NCBI RefSeq assembly: GCF_006345805.1 | Contig: NW_021836524.1 | Location: 1 to 23,870 of the forward strand | Length of the DNA: 23,870 nt | Source: Octopus sinensis | Lineage: Eukaryota | Direction of reading: 5' to 3' | Shown here: one piece after another, positions 10,330-22,159 of the stretch | Position numbering within the stretch: position 1 is the first letter of the stretch | How the letters are laid out: each line of letters starts with the position of its first letter | Notes under the pieces: generated by a model | Databases searched by the model: none | What the model was told of the DNA's origin: nothing | The model's input: the letters and a program-made list of their open reading frames with translations, nothing else | Made by a program: the position numbers and the translations under genes

Positions 10330-11290
10330 GAATGTGTGTGTAAGTGTGGATATGTGCGGGCGCGGAGGTCTGCGTGTGCGTGTGTGTGTATGTGTGTATG
10401 TGCAATGATGAACGTGGTTCTTGTGTGCGTGTGTGTGTCCATGTGTGGGTGGTTGTGGCTGTTAATCTTTGCGTGTGTAGGGTTAGTAGTGTTAAGGTCA
10501 AGGACGAAGGAATTGGGCGTGGCTCCTTTTGTCTCTACCCCAGGTCAAGTAGTAGGTACTGCTAGTTTGAGGTATGTGTGTGTGTGCGTGTATGTATATG
10601 TATCATGTGTGAGTTTTGTTTGTATTGTGTGTGGTGTGTATGTATGTAAGTGTGTGTGTTAGTGTGTGTATGCGTTAGAGTTTGGGTGTGTGGTGAATAA
10701 CTGTGCTTTACGTAGTGTATGTGTGCGAGTGTGCTTGTACGTGCGTATGTGTGTATACATGTATGTATAATGTGTGCGTGTATGTATAATTGTGTGCCGT
10801 GTGTATGGGATGTATGTGGGGGTCATTGTGTGTGTGTATGTATGTGCCTGCGTGTGTCTTATGTGGCGTGTACGTGTGCGTGTACGTGTGCGTTCGTAAG
10901 TGTGTGTGTAGCGTATATGGATGTATATACGTGTATCCGTGGGGTTGTGAGTTTTGAGTATGTGCATTAAGTGGCGTGTGTGCGTGCGAATGTGTGCGCA
11001 TCTTTTTGCGGATGTGTATGTGTGTGTCGTGTAGGCATATATTGTGTGTATGTATATGTATCGGTGTGTATGTGAATTTGTACATGCGTGTGTGTTTTGG
11101 GTTTTTCTGGAGTTGTGTGGGAGTAATGTGCGTGCGTGTGTGCGCTTAAGTAGGTGTATGTGCGTGTGTGTCTGTGCCCATGTGTGTATAAGTGTGTGCG
11201 TATCTGTATAAAGGTATATGTGGACATCTGTGCTGGTGTGTGTGTATGTACGTGTGTATGTATGTGTGTGTGTATTGTGTGCTTATGATG
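10330..11290. repeat. Long degenerate (GT)/(GTAT)-rich low-complexity tract
   Basis: Strongly G/T-biased imperfect dinucleotide and tetranucleotide repeats. Confidence 0.9.
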
Positions 11291-11300
11291 CATATATCTC

Positions 11301-11588
11301 CGTGATCACCGTCACAGACCAGGCTATCAGTTGTTGCTATACATCGCTGGTCACAATGCGCTTCGCGTTGTTTTAGCCTTCAAATGACGCCACCCCGCTG
11401 GCTAGGCGAGCAGGCCAACAGAAGAAAGGGAGAAAGTTGTAGCGAAAGAGTAGAGCAGAGATCACAACAACCCAACTCCTTGAGCCTCGTGGAGCATTAA
11501 ACACTCACAACGCCCAGTCTGGGAATCGAAACCGAGATCCTACAACCATGAGTCCGCTGCCCTAACCACTGGGCCACTGCGCCTCCAC
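11301..11588 (-). mobile_element. tRNA-derived SINE
   Basis: The minus-strand head GTGGAGGCGCAGTGGCCCAGTGGTTAGGGCAGCGGACTC...GGTTTCGATTCCCAGAC carries a Pol III A-box (TGGCCCAGTGG) and B-box (GGTTTCGATTCC), followed by a non-tRNA body. It resembles octopus SINEs as I recall them. Confidence 0.8.
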
Positions 11589-12300
11589 CCACACACACAC
11601 ACACACACATCACACATATATAAATACATATCGATATATACGTATGCACGTATACTTAGGCATACACACCATAAATATCACAAATATACGTATCTACTAT
11701 ACGCACACACACACACAAACGCAACACATATATGTGAGTGGACATACGTTGTATAGTGTGATTGTTCGTGTACAATTGAGCACGTGTGTCTGGTGCGTGC
11801 GTATGTGTGTGTGTTTGTGTTTATTTGTGCGTGTGTTTGTCCGTGTGTCTGTGTGTATGTATTTACATTCGTTCTTACATATTGTCATATATAAAAACCA
11901 ACGTGAATTACAGTCAAACATTACGAAATTCACCGATCTACATTGGCACTCGCACGTTTTATTTTAAGTTGGAAAGAAAAGATTAAAAAAAACTCGCCTC
12001 ACTTCCGTTCCTGATGGAGAGAAATAGATAAATGTGTGTAAATATGTACGTATTCCTATGTGTGCGGTGTTGTGTGTTTGTATGTGTCTGTTTCTGTGCG
12101 TGTGTGTAAGTGTACATCTAGAATAATACTTAACACTAATATTAATAGGGCTAAACGTTGCAGCGACAGGGCATGGCCATGCTAGAACCCCACCATTAGA
12201 TTTTTTTCATTACGCACTTATTTCCCTCTCCAGGATTACGTCTGGTGAAAGAGCGATCGGACAGGAGTACAATTCCACTCTTCTTTGTGTTTTCTTGGGA

Positions 12301-12312
12301 TGTGTGTATATG

Positions 12313-12366
<54 letters not shown>

Positions 12367-12518
12367 CAGCCGAAATTGCTAAGATGATCTGGTTCTTGAC
12401 TGATGACTGAGGGCTTCGAATGTCCCGTCCTGTGGTTCTTGTGTCTTCTCTGTGGTGTTTCATGTTCTTGTCCATGTCTAATTATTTTTACTGTTTACCT
12501 ATATATATATATATCCAT

Positions 12519-12568
<50 letters not shown>

Positions 12569-12582
12569 ATATAATATAATAT

Positions 12583-12645
<63 letters not shown>

Positions 12646-12850
12646 CATAGATAGATACATAGATAGACAGAGAGATATGTAGATAAATAGATTGATAGAT
12701 AGATATGTATGTACATACATACGTAACTATATATATGTGTTTGTATATATGATATGTATATGTATATATATATATATATATATAGATGTATGTGTGTGTG
12801 TGTGTGTATAGCACACATAGTGTGTATGTATCTATGTTTTATGTATGTGT
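12301..12850. repeat. Microsatellite cluster: (TA)n, (TAATA)n, (GATA)n, (TG)n
   Basis: Direct reading. The cluster is interrupted by non-repetitive sequence at ~12363-12500. Confidence 0.85.
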
Positions 12851-12855
12851 CTGTT

Positions 12856-13045
12856 ATTGTCACACCACTATCGATTCTCAACTGATGTCGGTGTGTTTAC
12901 GTCCCCGTTACATAGCGGTTCGGCTAGTGATACCGATAAAATGAGCAATAGGCTTACAAAGAATAATTCCTGAAGTCGATTTGTCCTACTAAACGCAGTG
13001 CTCTAGCATGGCCGCAGTCAAATGACTGAAACGGTTAAAAGAATA
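12856..13045 (+). mobile_element. 3' portion of a SINE-like interspersed repeat
   Basis: GTTTACGTCCCCGT..AGCGGTTCGGC..GGCTTACAAAGAATAA..GTCGATTTG..AGCATGGCCGCAGTCAAATGACTGAAAC matches my recollection of an abundant octopus SINE core and tail. It ends next to (TA)/(CA) repeats. Confidence 0.6.
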
Positions 13046-13070
13046 TATTTATATACAAACACACACACAC

Positions 13071-13101
<31 letters not shown>

Positions 13102-13488
13102 GATAGACAGAGAGATAGACAGAGAGATACAGTGATAGATACACACACGCATATATTTGTTTATATATATATCTATATATGTTCACGCGCTAATATATTC
13201 TTATATATGTATTTTTATATATACATATATATGTATATGTATATATATGTATGTTTAGGTGTGTGCGCCTGTGTGTTCGTGTGTAATTACGTGTGTGATC
13301 TTATGTGTGTGTGTGTGCTCCATAGGAACATATGTACGTGATTCATGCATACATCCTTACATTCATCCATCCATCCGTACGTACATACATCCACACATTA
13401 ATACATACATACGTAAATGCATACATACATACATGCATATATAAATACATAAAGACATACAAATATTAACACAAAATCCATGACTTAC

Positions 13489-13712
13489 CGTTTTCGATTT
13501 CTCTTCATTTTTCCTATTCTAGAATCTTGATGAAGAATCACGATCGTCAGAACGAGAAGAACCCCAAAAGCTATGAGAGAGAAGAAATGGAATAACGCTG
13601 CGAAAATTCCTGGACAGTTGTGCGAAATCCATTCTGGTGACAGTTGTCGGTCGTACGTGATACTTCGTGTGGCTTCAACAAAAGATCGAGATGCGAGGTT
13701 TAAGCTGAAGAC
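13489..13712 (-). CDS. Candidate first coding exon (ATG at 13632) of a secreted or type II membrane protein, possibly a short-chain collagen C4-like paralog
   Basis: Acceptor TTACAG| (AG at 13713-13714) and donor |GTAAGT (GT at 13487-13488). With one frameshift the exon reads MDFAQLSRNFRSVIPFLLS-IAFGVLLVLTIVILHQDSRIGK..., a short N-terminus followed by a hydrophobic stretch. The family link is inference from the neighbouring exon. Confidence 0.5.
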
Positions 13713-14042
13713 CTGTAACTGAATTCCACGTATTTATTGAGCGCACAACAACCCAGCTCTGGCATAAATCTTATCGTAAATTTATGAACCAATGCGATTG
13801 GTGGAACTGTAAAAGCGGGCGTGAACATGTCTGACAGGTTTAATTATTGGAGAGAGATGGTTTGATATTGTCACACAATAATTAGCAAAATATTTTGATG
13901 AATGAGAGACACGTGTAAAGTGAAATGATTCCTGTTTCTGGATATATTATGATATATTTATTTACTAATGTTGTTATTTAATTTTATTTGTAATTATTGG
14001 GAAAATGTTTTAATATTCAGTGTGGGAAGTATTTCGTTCAAC

Positions 14043-14336
14043 AGACGAGTACACAGACACACACACTGAAACACACACACACGCACATACTGACACACAC
14101 ACACACGCACACCCACAAACACTGACACACACACACACACACATTAACAAACACACACACACACACACACTGACACACACACTCACACATAGACACACAC
14201 ACTGACACACACACACACTCACACATAGACACATACACTGACACACACACTGACAAACACACATACATTGTCATACACACACACTCACGCACACACATAC
14301 ACAAACAAACATACACACACACACACACTCACACAC
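14043..14336. repeat. (CA)n-rich tract flanked by 37-bp direct repeats
   Basis: TGTTTTAATATTCAGTGT(G/T)GGAAGTATTTCGTTCAAC occurs at 14006-14042 and 14337-14373 with 1 mismatch. Confidence 0.9.
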
Positions 14337-14504
14337 TGTTTTAATATTCAGTGTTGGAAGTATTTCGTTCAACCCACACAGTAATCGCAAGACTTAATCT
14401 AATGAAGTCCGCTGTTCGGATTGGATTCTTCACAACAAGCGTTAATCGGATTAGAAAAGTTTTATGAGAATATCAAAATCAAAACCTACCAATTCCCACC
14501 CACC

Positions 14505-15274
14505 CAAACATACATATATACATACATGCATACATACATACATGCATACATACATACATATATACATACATACATGCATACATACATACATGCATACATA
14601 CATACATATATACATACATACGTGCACACATACATACAGGCATACATACAAACATACATACATACATACATACACACATACATACATACATACATACACA
14701 CATACTTACATATATACATACATACATACCCCAATACATACATACATGCATACATACACACTCACGTACGTACATACATATATACATACATACATAACCC
14801 CATACATACATATATACATACATACACTCATACATACACACATACATACACACATACTTACATACACACATACATACATATATACCCCCATAAATACATA
14901 CACACACACATATATACATACATACATACATACATACATACAGACATACATACATACATACACACACACATACATACATACATACATACACACATACTTA
15001 CATATATACATACTTACATTCCCCCATACAATCATACATGCATTCATACACACTCACATACATACATACATACATATATACATACATACATACATACATA
15101 CACCCATACATACATATATACACACATACACACATACATACATACCTACATACATTCACATGCATGTATGTATGAATGTAAGCATGTATATATCGATAGA
15201 CATATATACACATACATACATATATACATACATACATACATACTTACATCCATATATACATACATACATTCATA
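14505..15274. repeat. Degenerate (TACA)n array
   Basis: Direct reading. This array is the source of the YIHT/MYVC ORFs. Confidence 0.95.
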
Positions 15275-15830
15275 CTTGGTGGCTGCCCCCTCGTTATCGA
15301 GTATGGCCATTGCTTGGTGCTTAATCAATGTTGTTATCGTGCAATGCCTGTGCATGAAGATTTTTTTTAAAGCGAGGAAAGGCTGTGCACTGAGTCAATC
15401 CCAGTCACTAAGCAACAGCAGCCATAATCCGAAAAGAAGAACAAGTCAACATCATCGGTAACCACTGAGCCGCAGGTTTTATGTCGGAGTTATCCCAGTT
15501 ACTTGAGTTACCCTCTCCTAGAAGGATACCCTAAGAAAGGCTAGGAGTCCTTCACTCCCTGTGGTTTAACCGCGCGATCGGGTATTCAGTCCGATTATTT
15601 CTATTTCCCCGCGCATGATACAGCCTTAAGACATATATTGGATGGCCGTTGACTCTCAAGAGTTCCTCCGCTCTTTGACGGGTTTTGTTTTTCATCCCGC
15701 AGGGTGTCCAATAAACTCCCTCCTCACCAAGCAAGCTTGGTGTGGTTGCCGGTTTAGTCGCCGACGACCCGACAATGCAACAGGTTGTACTGGGGTTACA
15801 TGTTACCAGTAGCACTCGAAAGTGACCTGA
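15275..15830 (-). mobile_element. Probable RTE-derived non-autonomous element (5'UTR-like part + 3' end) embedded in (TACA)n
   Basis: The minus-strand 3' end GCAATGGCCATACTCGATAACGAGGGGGCAGCCACCAAG runs into (TATG)n and resembles RTE 3' ends. An internal TCCTTCTAGGAGAGGGTAACTC resembles an RTE 5'UTR motif. No credible coding capacity. Assigned by recall. Confidence 0.4.
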
Positions 15831-16572
15831 CATACATGACATACATGCATACATACAACATGCATACATACATACATACATACATACATACATACATACA
15901 TACATACACATACATACATACATACATAATGAAAATACATACATTACATACATACATATACTACATACATACATACAGAATACATACATACAATTACTAC
16001 ATACATACATACATATACATACATACAAGAATACATACATACATACATGCATACATACATACATACATACATACATACATACATACATGAATACATAAAT
16101 ACATACATACATGAATACATACAACATACATACATACATACATGAATAAGACATACATCATACATACATGAATACATACATAATACATACATACATACAT
16201 GAATACATACATACATACATACATACCATATAAAAACATACATACATACATGAATAATACATACATACATACATACATTACATACATACATACATACATG
16301 AATACATACATACATACATGCATACATACTACATACATACATACATACATACAACATGAATACATACATACATACATACATACATACATACAACATACAT
16401 ACATAAATACAACATACATACATACATACATGAATACATACATACATACATACATACATACATTACATACATACATACATACATACATGAATACATACAT
16501 ACATACATACATACATACATGAATACATACATACATACATACATACATAATACATACATACATACATACATA
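15831..16572. repeat. (TACA)n array with recurrent TGAA variant units
   Basis: Direct reading of the sequence. Confidence 0.95.
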
Positions 16573-16908
16573 CAAAATATCCTGTTCATGTTGTTGAAAT
16601 TCCAATGAAAGATACTTGGAACTAAGTTAGAAAGCCGTCTCTCTTTTGTTGGCCAGAATATTCTATTAAAACCGAATAATGACATTCATACATATTTTTA
16701 GCTAGTCATTATCACTAGCTTTGAATATGTTTCTTCTTGTTTTATAAATCATAGCAAAACATACAGGTACAGTGTCTCCATTTGAAACTCAATTCGCAAG
16801 TTCACCTTCCGTATGGACTGCATATGTAACGACGGAATTCCATAGTTATGATTAAATTTTCTTAGATGAAGCATATTAGACCCCTCAGATATAGTTTGAC
16901 CTAATTTA

Positions 16909-16914
<6 letters not shown>

Positions 16915-16961
<47 letters not shown>

Positions 16962-16978
16962 TGTGTGTGTGTGTGTGG
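16915..16978. repeat. (GT)n microsatellite
   Basis: Direct reading of the sequence. Confidence 0.95.
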
Positions 16979-18397
16979 GTAACACTCTCTGTTTGGCCCT
17001 CGAAATAAGGTGAATTTGAAATAAGCTACAAAATAAATCTTACAGCCATGTCAGATTTCAACAAAGTCCCATAATTTTTCCTATTGTAATGGCGGGTTGC
17101 ATATGCAGCTGCGCATGCTCTGTACAGCTTAAACACCTGGCGGTCGTTTTAACTGTCTAATTATGCCGCTGAATCAAAATATGAATTTGAAGATCTTCCA
17201 GCGTCCGTATTCTCTGCATTGTTTACGATTTACAATCAGGAAAATATTTGTAATCTGGAGAAGCGAATGCAGATTTACCCATCAGACTAATAATAGTGGG
17301 ATAGTAAACATTAATAATCTTTATCTTTATTGCAGCTTGATGCTGTAAACCGAACCCTTCGTTTATCTAACAATATTCGACACACTCCAACATACATCAT
17401 GAATCCTATTGGATATAACGTGGCGGTCACCAACATCTCAGCTTCTTACACACAGCATCCGTGCTTGCCCTGAATATATTTGCTCTCTTTACTCTAACTT
17501 TTATGGGTGTTGTATTCGTTTCGCATGAAATGTATTCAGCTTCTAGGATCCATCCTTTCTTCGAGTCTGGTATGTTACGTAGATGAGTGAAAGAAATCGT
17601 CGTATTTGATGATCTCTGCTGCTGAAATGAGGCATTTTTCTGGTTGATTTCATTTCTTTCTTGTATATCAGCGTTAGTGTATGACGTGTATGTTGTGGCA
17701 TCGAGTTTCATTTGTATCGATTTTGAAGAGAGGTGGGAATTTGTGATATAGATTTAGGTTGGCAGGACCAATACTCATTTATACTGTCTTTTGAAGGATT
17801 GATCGTGTAAATTCCACATTCTCAGAAATCTTAAATTGAACATTTTGTGATATTTCTAAAGTAGACGATAAATAGGTTTTATAAGATATGGGGTTGGAAT
17901 AGAACGGAAATCATTCCTGATTAATAACGGCAAATAGAATGGATTGTGTGGAAGTATCTGGTTGTTGTTGAAAGAATCAGTTACGTTCTGTGCTAAGTAA
18001 TGTAGCGGTTCATGGCTCCTCGTCAGAATCCGAGCTGTAATTTGAAAACCAAGATGTCTGAGATAGTAGCGTCGAGTATTAGATTCTAAGGCTGTGCATG
18101 AAAAGCTGAATAATTCTATGGTGGTACTTTATTTGGGTTTGTTGAATCATGAGACAGAAGACAAAATACTGTTAAACAAAATAACATTTATTTCAACGAT
18201 AAGTTTGATAAACTGAAATCTTACAAAATGTTTTCTAGAATCATTCCGACAGATTTAGATTTTCTTGATTTTGAGGATATTCTAGCATTCTACGTCGCCT
18301 CTTTTGTATTGTTTGAATATCTTCTGTAAACTAGTACAACGGTTTATTGTAACGGTAGACATTTACTTGAAGAAAATATAGGTAACAAAATTGAAAT

Positions 18398-18403
18398 TTT
18401 ATT
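18398..18403 (-). promoter_or_regulatory. Candidate polyadenylation signal for the C4-like gene
   Basis: AATAAA on the minus strand ~55 nt after the stop codon. Alternatives lie at 18343-18348 and 18187-18192, and such hexamers are common in AT-rich DNA. Confidence 0.3.
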
Positions 18404-18456
18404 GTTTCTTGTAATTCACCGACATATTTTCATATGGAAACGAATTTAACTTCTAT

Positions 18457-18951
18457 TCAATATTTACTGCAGACAACGCAGGTTAATTCTTGACCATGGA
18501 CATACGGTGGACATGGCAATGAACCACAAGCAGCGCTGAACGAAATATAAAACAGCTCATCTTCGTTTCTGTAACCTGCTGGATCAGCTTCTGGTGCATA
18601 ATCCACACACACATATTCATATCTGCCTTTATCATTATAATGCTCGGTCATCAAATATCCCGATACTCAGCTGTCCAACCAGCGTAACACTGTGTCCTGC
18701 TGGTAACATCATAACAACAGCAGGGTTGTCGTGTCAAACAGACAGCGCACGGAACGTTGTGCTCATGAATTGATTCAGCGTTAGCAAAAGAAAAGAGTTT
18801 ATAGTTGGTATAACTGTAGTTGATATTCACTGCCATAAATCCAACCTCCATCTTCACCTTCTGTAGTATATTGGCCCAAATGGGATCGTTGGGTAGACAT
18901 AAGAGATTACTTCCGCACCAGTATGGGAAAAATGTTGTCCACCAACGACAC
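18457..18951 (-). CDS. Terminal exon of a short-chain collagen C4-like (spongin-related) gene, Cys-rich C-terminal domain; frameshifted as written (pseudogene or assembly error)
   Basis: Acceptor CAATTCTAG| (AG at 18952-18953). Repairing about six small indels gives (G)VVGGQHFSHTG-GSNLLCLPNDPIWA-YTTEGEDGGWIYGSEYQL-SYTNYKLFSFANAESIHEHNVPCAVCLTRQP-AVVMMLP-RTQCYAGWTAEY-GYLMTEHYNDKGRYEYVCVDYAPEADPAGYRNEDELFY...ACGSLPCPPYVHGQELTCVVCSKY*. The motifs CLP, YGxEY, HNVPCAVC, EYxGYLM, CVD and LPCPPY..ELTCVVC are diagnostic of the family. Confidence 0.85.
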
Positions 18952-19189
18952 CTAGAATTGGTGAGAATAAATCAAGTAAGCAAAGATATTAAGCAAAATT
19001 ATATATGAAATAACGGAAACATTCATTACAGTTTGACCCTTAAAAGGAGTCATGTTTAGTCACGTGTGAACGAATTGTGGTGTATATATGATAGTGTTTA
19101 TGTAAGTGTAAGCTGTGTGTTGCTGGATTGGACTGCGCATGAGTTTGCAGCTGTGTGTTTGTCTTCTCTTCATGTGTGTGTGTATGTGT

Positions 19190-19860
19190 TTGTGTATGTG
19201 TACGGGTAAGTATTTGTGGTTGAGATGTGTATTGCATGGGGTAGATGTCTGTGTGTGGATGTCAATAAAAGGAGAAAGGAAAGGGATTTTGTAACGCATG
19301 TGGTCGTGATTTCCCGAAATGGAAAAGATGTCGTTCACGTTTGAACGTGAAAATTGTTGGTGATGGGAATTGCATGTGGTTTGAGTAGAACAATACGAGA
19401 GACGGCGAGAGATGCAGAGAACTGGTGGGTAAGAGGGGATGAAATATGTTTAGCCGACCATACGGTTGTGGCTGGCTATATCCATCGGTTTGTCTCGGAC
19501 GAGTCAGGCTACCACGAGACGGGCCTACCACATACTATAATATTATGATCACACAGATTTTATTTCATGCAAAGCATGAACTGAGGTGGGGTGAATTTTG
19601 AAGCTCATTGATGGCGTAGTGCTTAAGATGAATGGACAGCAGAGTGGGCGACCGATAAAGGATATGTGTAGGGTTATAGGGAGCAGATCACAAAGGATGC
19701 CAGATGGTTGGAGAAGATGTAGGAAGCAGTAGCTTTGAATGGATGTGCTGGCGTTACCTTACAAAGATATACTGGACAATTAATGAGGGAGGTAACGCAT
19801 GGAAAACAGAAGGTTTGAGGGATAGGACGATTTCGGTGAGGTGGAGAAGAATAGAAGTGC
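19190..19860 (-). mobile_element. Probable decayed Penelope-like element (GIY-YIG C-terminal part), copy 2
   Basis: With frameshift repair the minus strand shows YV(V)G..R.SL, V.AKH.F and FKRERHLFHFGKSRPHAL in order. This resembles the YIG..R.L..R..EH / PVA.HF / RE..LI..L.T..P.GLN end of Penelope-like ORFs. Confidence 0.45.
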
Positions 19861-20114
19861 AATATTTACTCACTTTTTCTCTCAGTGGTTCTGGTCCCTC
19901 CATATTTTGCATAATACATACGGTGCTTAGTTAGCTTTGTTCATTAGTTACAGTGTGTGGTTTTTCCAGTCGACACTACATTCTGCGGTCACTTCATTAA
20001 CCATATACATTCATTCATCATTCTAAGAGACCTTGTTCAATTTAATTTATAACAACAATCAATAGAACTCTAGGAATGATAGTCAAGTGGCCACTTTCAG
20101 CTCTGGTCACTCAC

Positions 20115-20245
20115 GTACAATACCACCGGCCGTAGCCAGTACATTTGATCACCAGTTAGCAGCCTCGGTATTTGATATCTACATCCATACAAGTCAGCCA
20201 GGAGTCCTGTTCGCTATACTGGACTCCAGTCTAGTCCCTCCCTAT
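20115..20245 (-). other. Exon-like 131-nt segment, paralog of 1936-2065
   Basis: TTAAATTATAG| acceptor and |GTGAGT donor retained. No clean open frame across it matches copy 1. Confidence 0.22.
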
Positions 20246-20960
20246 CTATAATTTAACGTAGAGATATCTATATTCTGTGGTAAACAACATCCTTTTCACC
20301 TGGTCCATAGTAGACAACATTTAAATTCTGATTTGACCAAATACCTACAAACATTAAGCAGTCTTGTGCGTCTCTATAGGGTCTATAGGTAACGTTACAA
20401 ACGTGATATATCACATGATTTGCTTGAGTGTGGGTGGTGTGCGTGAGAGAAACGGGAAAGAGAAAATGAGGAATATAAAAGAGAAGAAGAGAGAGATAAA
20501 GAGAGAAGAGTGAACAGAAGTATAGTTTATACTAACCGTCATATACAAGGTTGAATAAGGAGGACAACTTGTTCTGCCCCACGGGTATACAATGATCCGG
20601 GACCGGGTTCTGTGAAATTAAAATGAAACAATGTAGTTTAAAAGAAAGAATTCTTGCATCCTATACAAAGGAAGTTGTTGGCTTGGAAGGAATTGATAGA
20701 GAGGAGATACATTTAGAATTTAAGAGAGAAAGAATGAGTGAATGAGTGAAAATCAGAATGAAGAAGTAAAGGATTGCTAAGAATAAATTTAAACGAAGAA
20801 AATAGTCATTTGTCTATTGAGCCTGTTGTTGATGTTGATGTCAACGAATTGAGAGAATAATCTCAGAATATCAGAATGTGTATTTGGTTCCCTTAAGAAG
20901 GATGTTTGTTTTGTAGTTGAACATGGATGTGAGTATATATATATTATATATATAATATTA

Positions 20961-21336
20961 CTAGCAGTAGCCGGCGTCTCTCGGGTTTGTTTCGACCCGC
21001 TGGAATGGAATTTTTGAAAAGTAAAAATTTTGCATTATGTAGCTTGTTTCTCTTCAAGGACATTTTCTGGTTGAAATACGCCGAAAAGTGGCGACACAGC
21101 AGTGAAAAAATCGTGAAAAAATAGGGATGTTCATAGAAAAAGCACCATGTTGATGTAAATAATTTTTGTTGTTAACATGGTCCGATTTGAATTTTATCTT
21201 CTACGGAAGGAAGAGCACCCCTTCTATCGGCTCTCAATTTTGGTCAACTTGCGCCGCAGGGTTCGGAGGAGATAGTGTTAGTTAAAGGTTACCAAACCTG
21301 GCGCACACAGACGACTTCAGCTTTATATAAGAGAGA
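20961..21336 (-). mobile_element. Non-autonomous Helitron-type element (376 bp), reverse orientation
   Basis: The minus strand starts A|TCTCTCTTATATAAAG and ends CCCGAGAGACGCCGGCTACTGCTAG|T, the same 3' design as 590-967 but with a different body. It is absent from the paralogous site in block A copy 1 (~2775). Confidence 0.7.
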
Positions 21337-21339
21337 TAA

Positions 21340-21620
21340 CACACACACATTAATAACACATACATACACCACACACACACACACACACGCACACACACAC
21401 ACACACACACACACCACCTGTATGTGTGGATGTATGTATGTATATATGTACATGAACCCAGGGCCATGTGTTTGGAACGTAGTTTGTTACCACACAGCCA
21501 CACCTGCCCCTATGTATGTGTGTATGTGTGTATGGGTAGATATATTATGCACGTATATATGTGTATATATATGTGTACATATTACATGTACATCTATATA
21601 TATATATACATCTACACATA
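21340..21620. repeat. (CA)n, (TATG)n and (TA)n microsatellite cluster
   Basis: Direct reading of the sequence. Confidence 0.9.
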
Positions 21621-22159
21621 AGATACAAAATACAACGTTATATCGTGATATCGCTAGTGATAACAATACTTGACCTCCCTCTTGTATAGAAGTGTACGGC
21701 TGCAGCGAAATTCATTTTTGGACTTTCTTCTATCGAAGGCATTTTAACAAAAATGCTTCCGTAAAGACGGCGAAAATATTGTCAATTTCCCAAACAGGGA
21801 CACAATTCAATTTTTAAACAATAACCAAAGCCCCTTCTCCGAAAGGGGGAGAGTTACGGTTTACAATTATTTAACAAATGCAACGCAACAACGTTTCCCT
21901 GACGCGGAACCAACAAACGTGATAATAATAACAACAAACTTTTTTAATTTATCCCCATTTATGTGAAACCACTTATTCAAGTTCAAGGCATTGATGCAAT
22001 TTTTACGAATTGCTAATACGCACACACACAGACACACACACATGATAAGGGAATACTTTCACTTTAATAGTTTCACACTTGCTAAGAGAAAGTAGGAGAA
22101 AGCGTGGTGGTAATAGCAGGAGAAAACCAGAGAAAATCTTACTTTTATAAAGAGATATG

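Larger units (their letters stand above)
19190..20940 (+). repeat. Segmental duplication block A, copy 2 (paralog of 1000-2780)
   Basis: Collinear with 1000-2780 along its whole length. Confidence 0.92.

Noticed and set aside
10139-11293. Overlapping HT-rich and CV-rich ORFs on both strands
   Set aside because: They are translations of degenerate (GT)/(CA) repeats.
11530-11588. tRNA-like sequence
   Set aside because: It is the A/B-box head of a SINE, with no complete cloverleaf or acceptor stem and a SINE body attached.
12010-12045. Strong minus-strand acceptor (TTTCTCTCCATCAG) with a nearby GTGAGG, a possible microexon
   Set aside because: Only 8 nt lie between the sites and there is no supporting homology. 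Such motifs are expected by chance.
12236-12480. Sequence around a (TA)n resembling a TE terminal repeat
   Set aside because: It rests on vague recollection only, with no diagnostic termini or coding motif.
14421-16685. Long ORFs (346, 286, 202, 200, 171 aa etc.) rich in YIHT or MYVC
   Set aside because: They are translations of (TACA)n, which has few stops in several frames, and show no domain content.
17400-18110. Minus-strand ORF remnants (94 aa, SSDSDEEP motif) suggesting a TE or gene
   Set aside because: No recognisable motif in any frame. A translated search would be needed.
21828-21856. GC-rich hairpin (CCCCTT..AAGGGG)
   Set aside because: It is isolated with no adjacent CTAG end, and bacterial terminator logic does not apply to this eukaryotic DNA.
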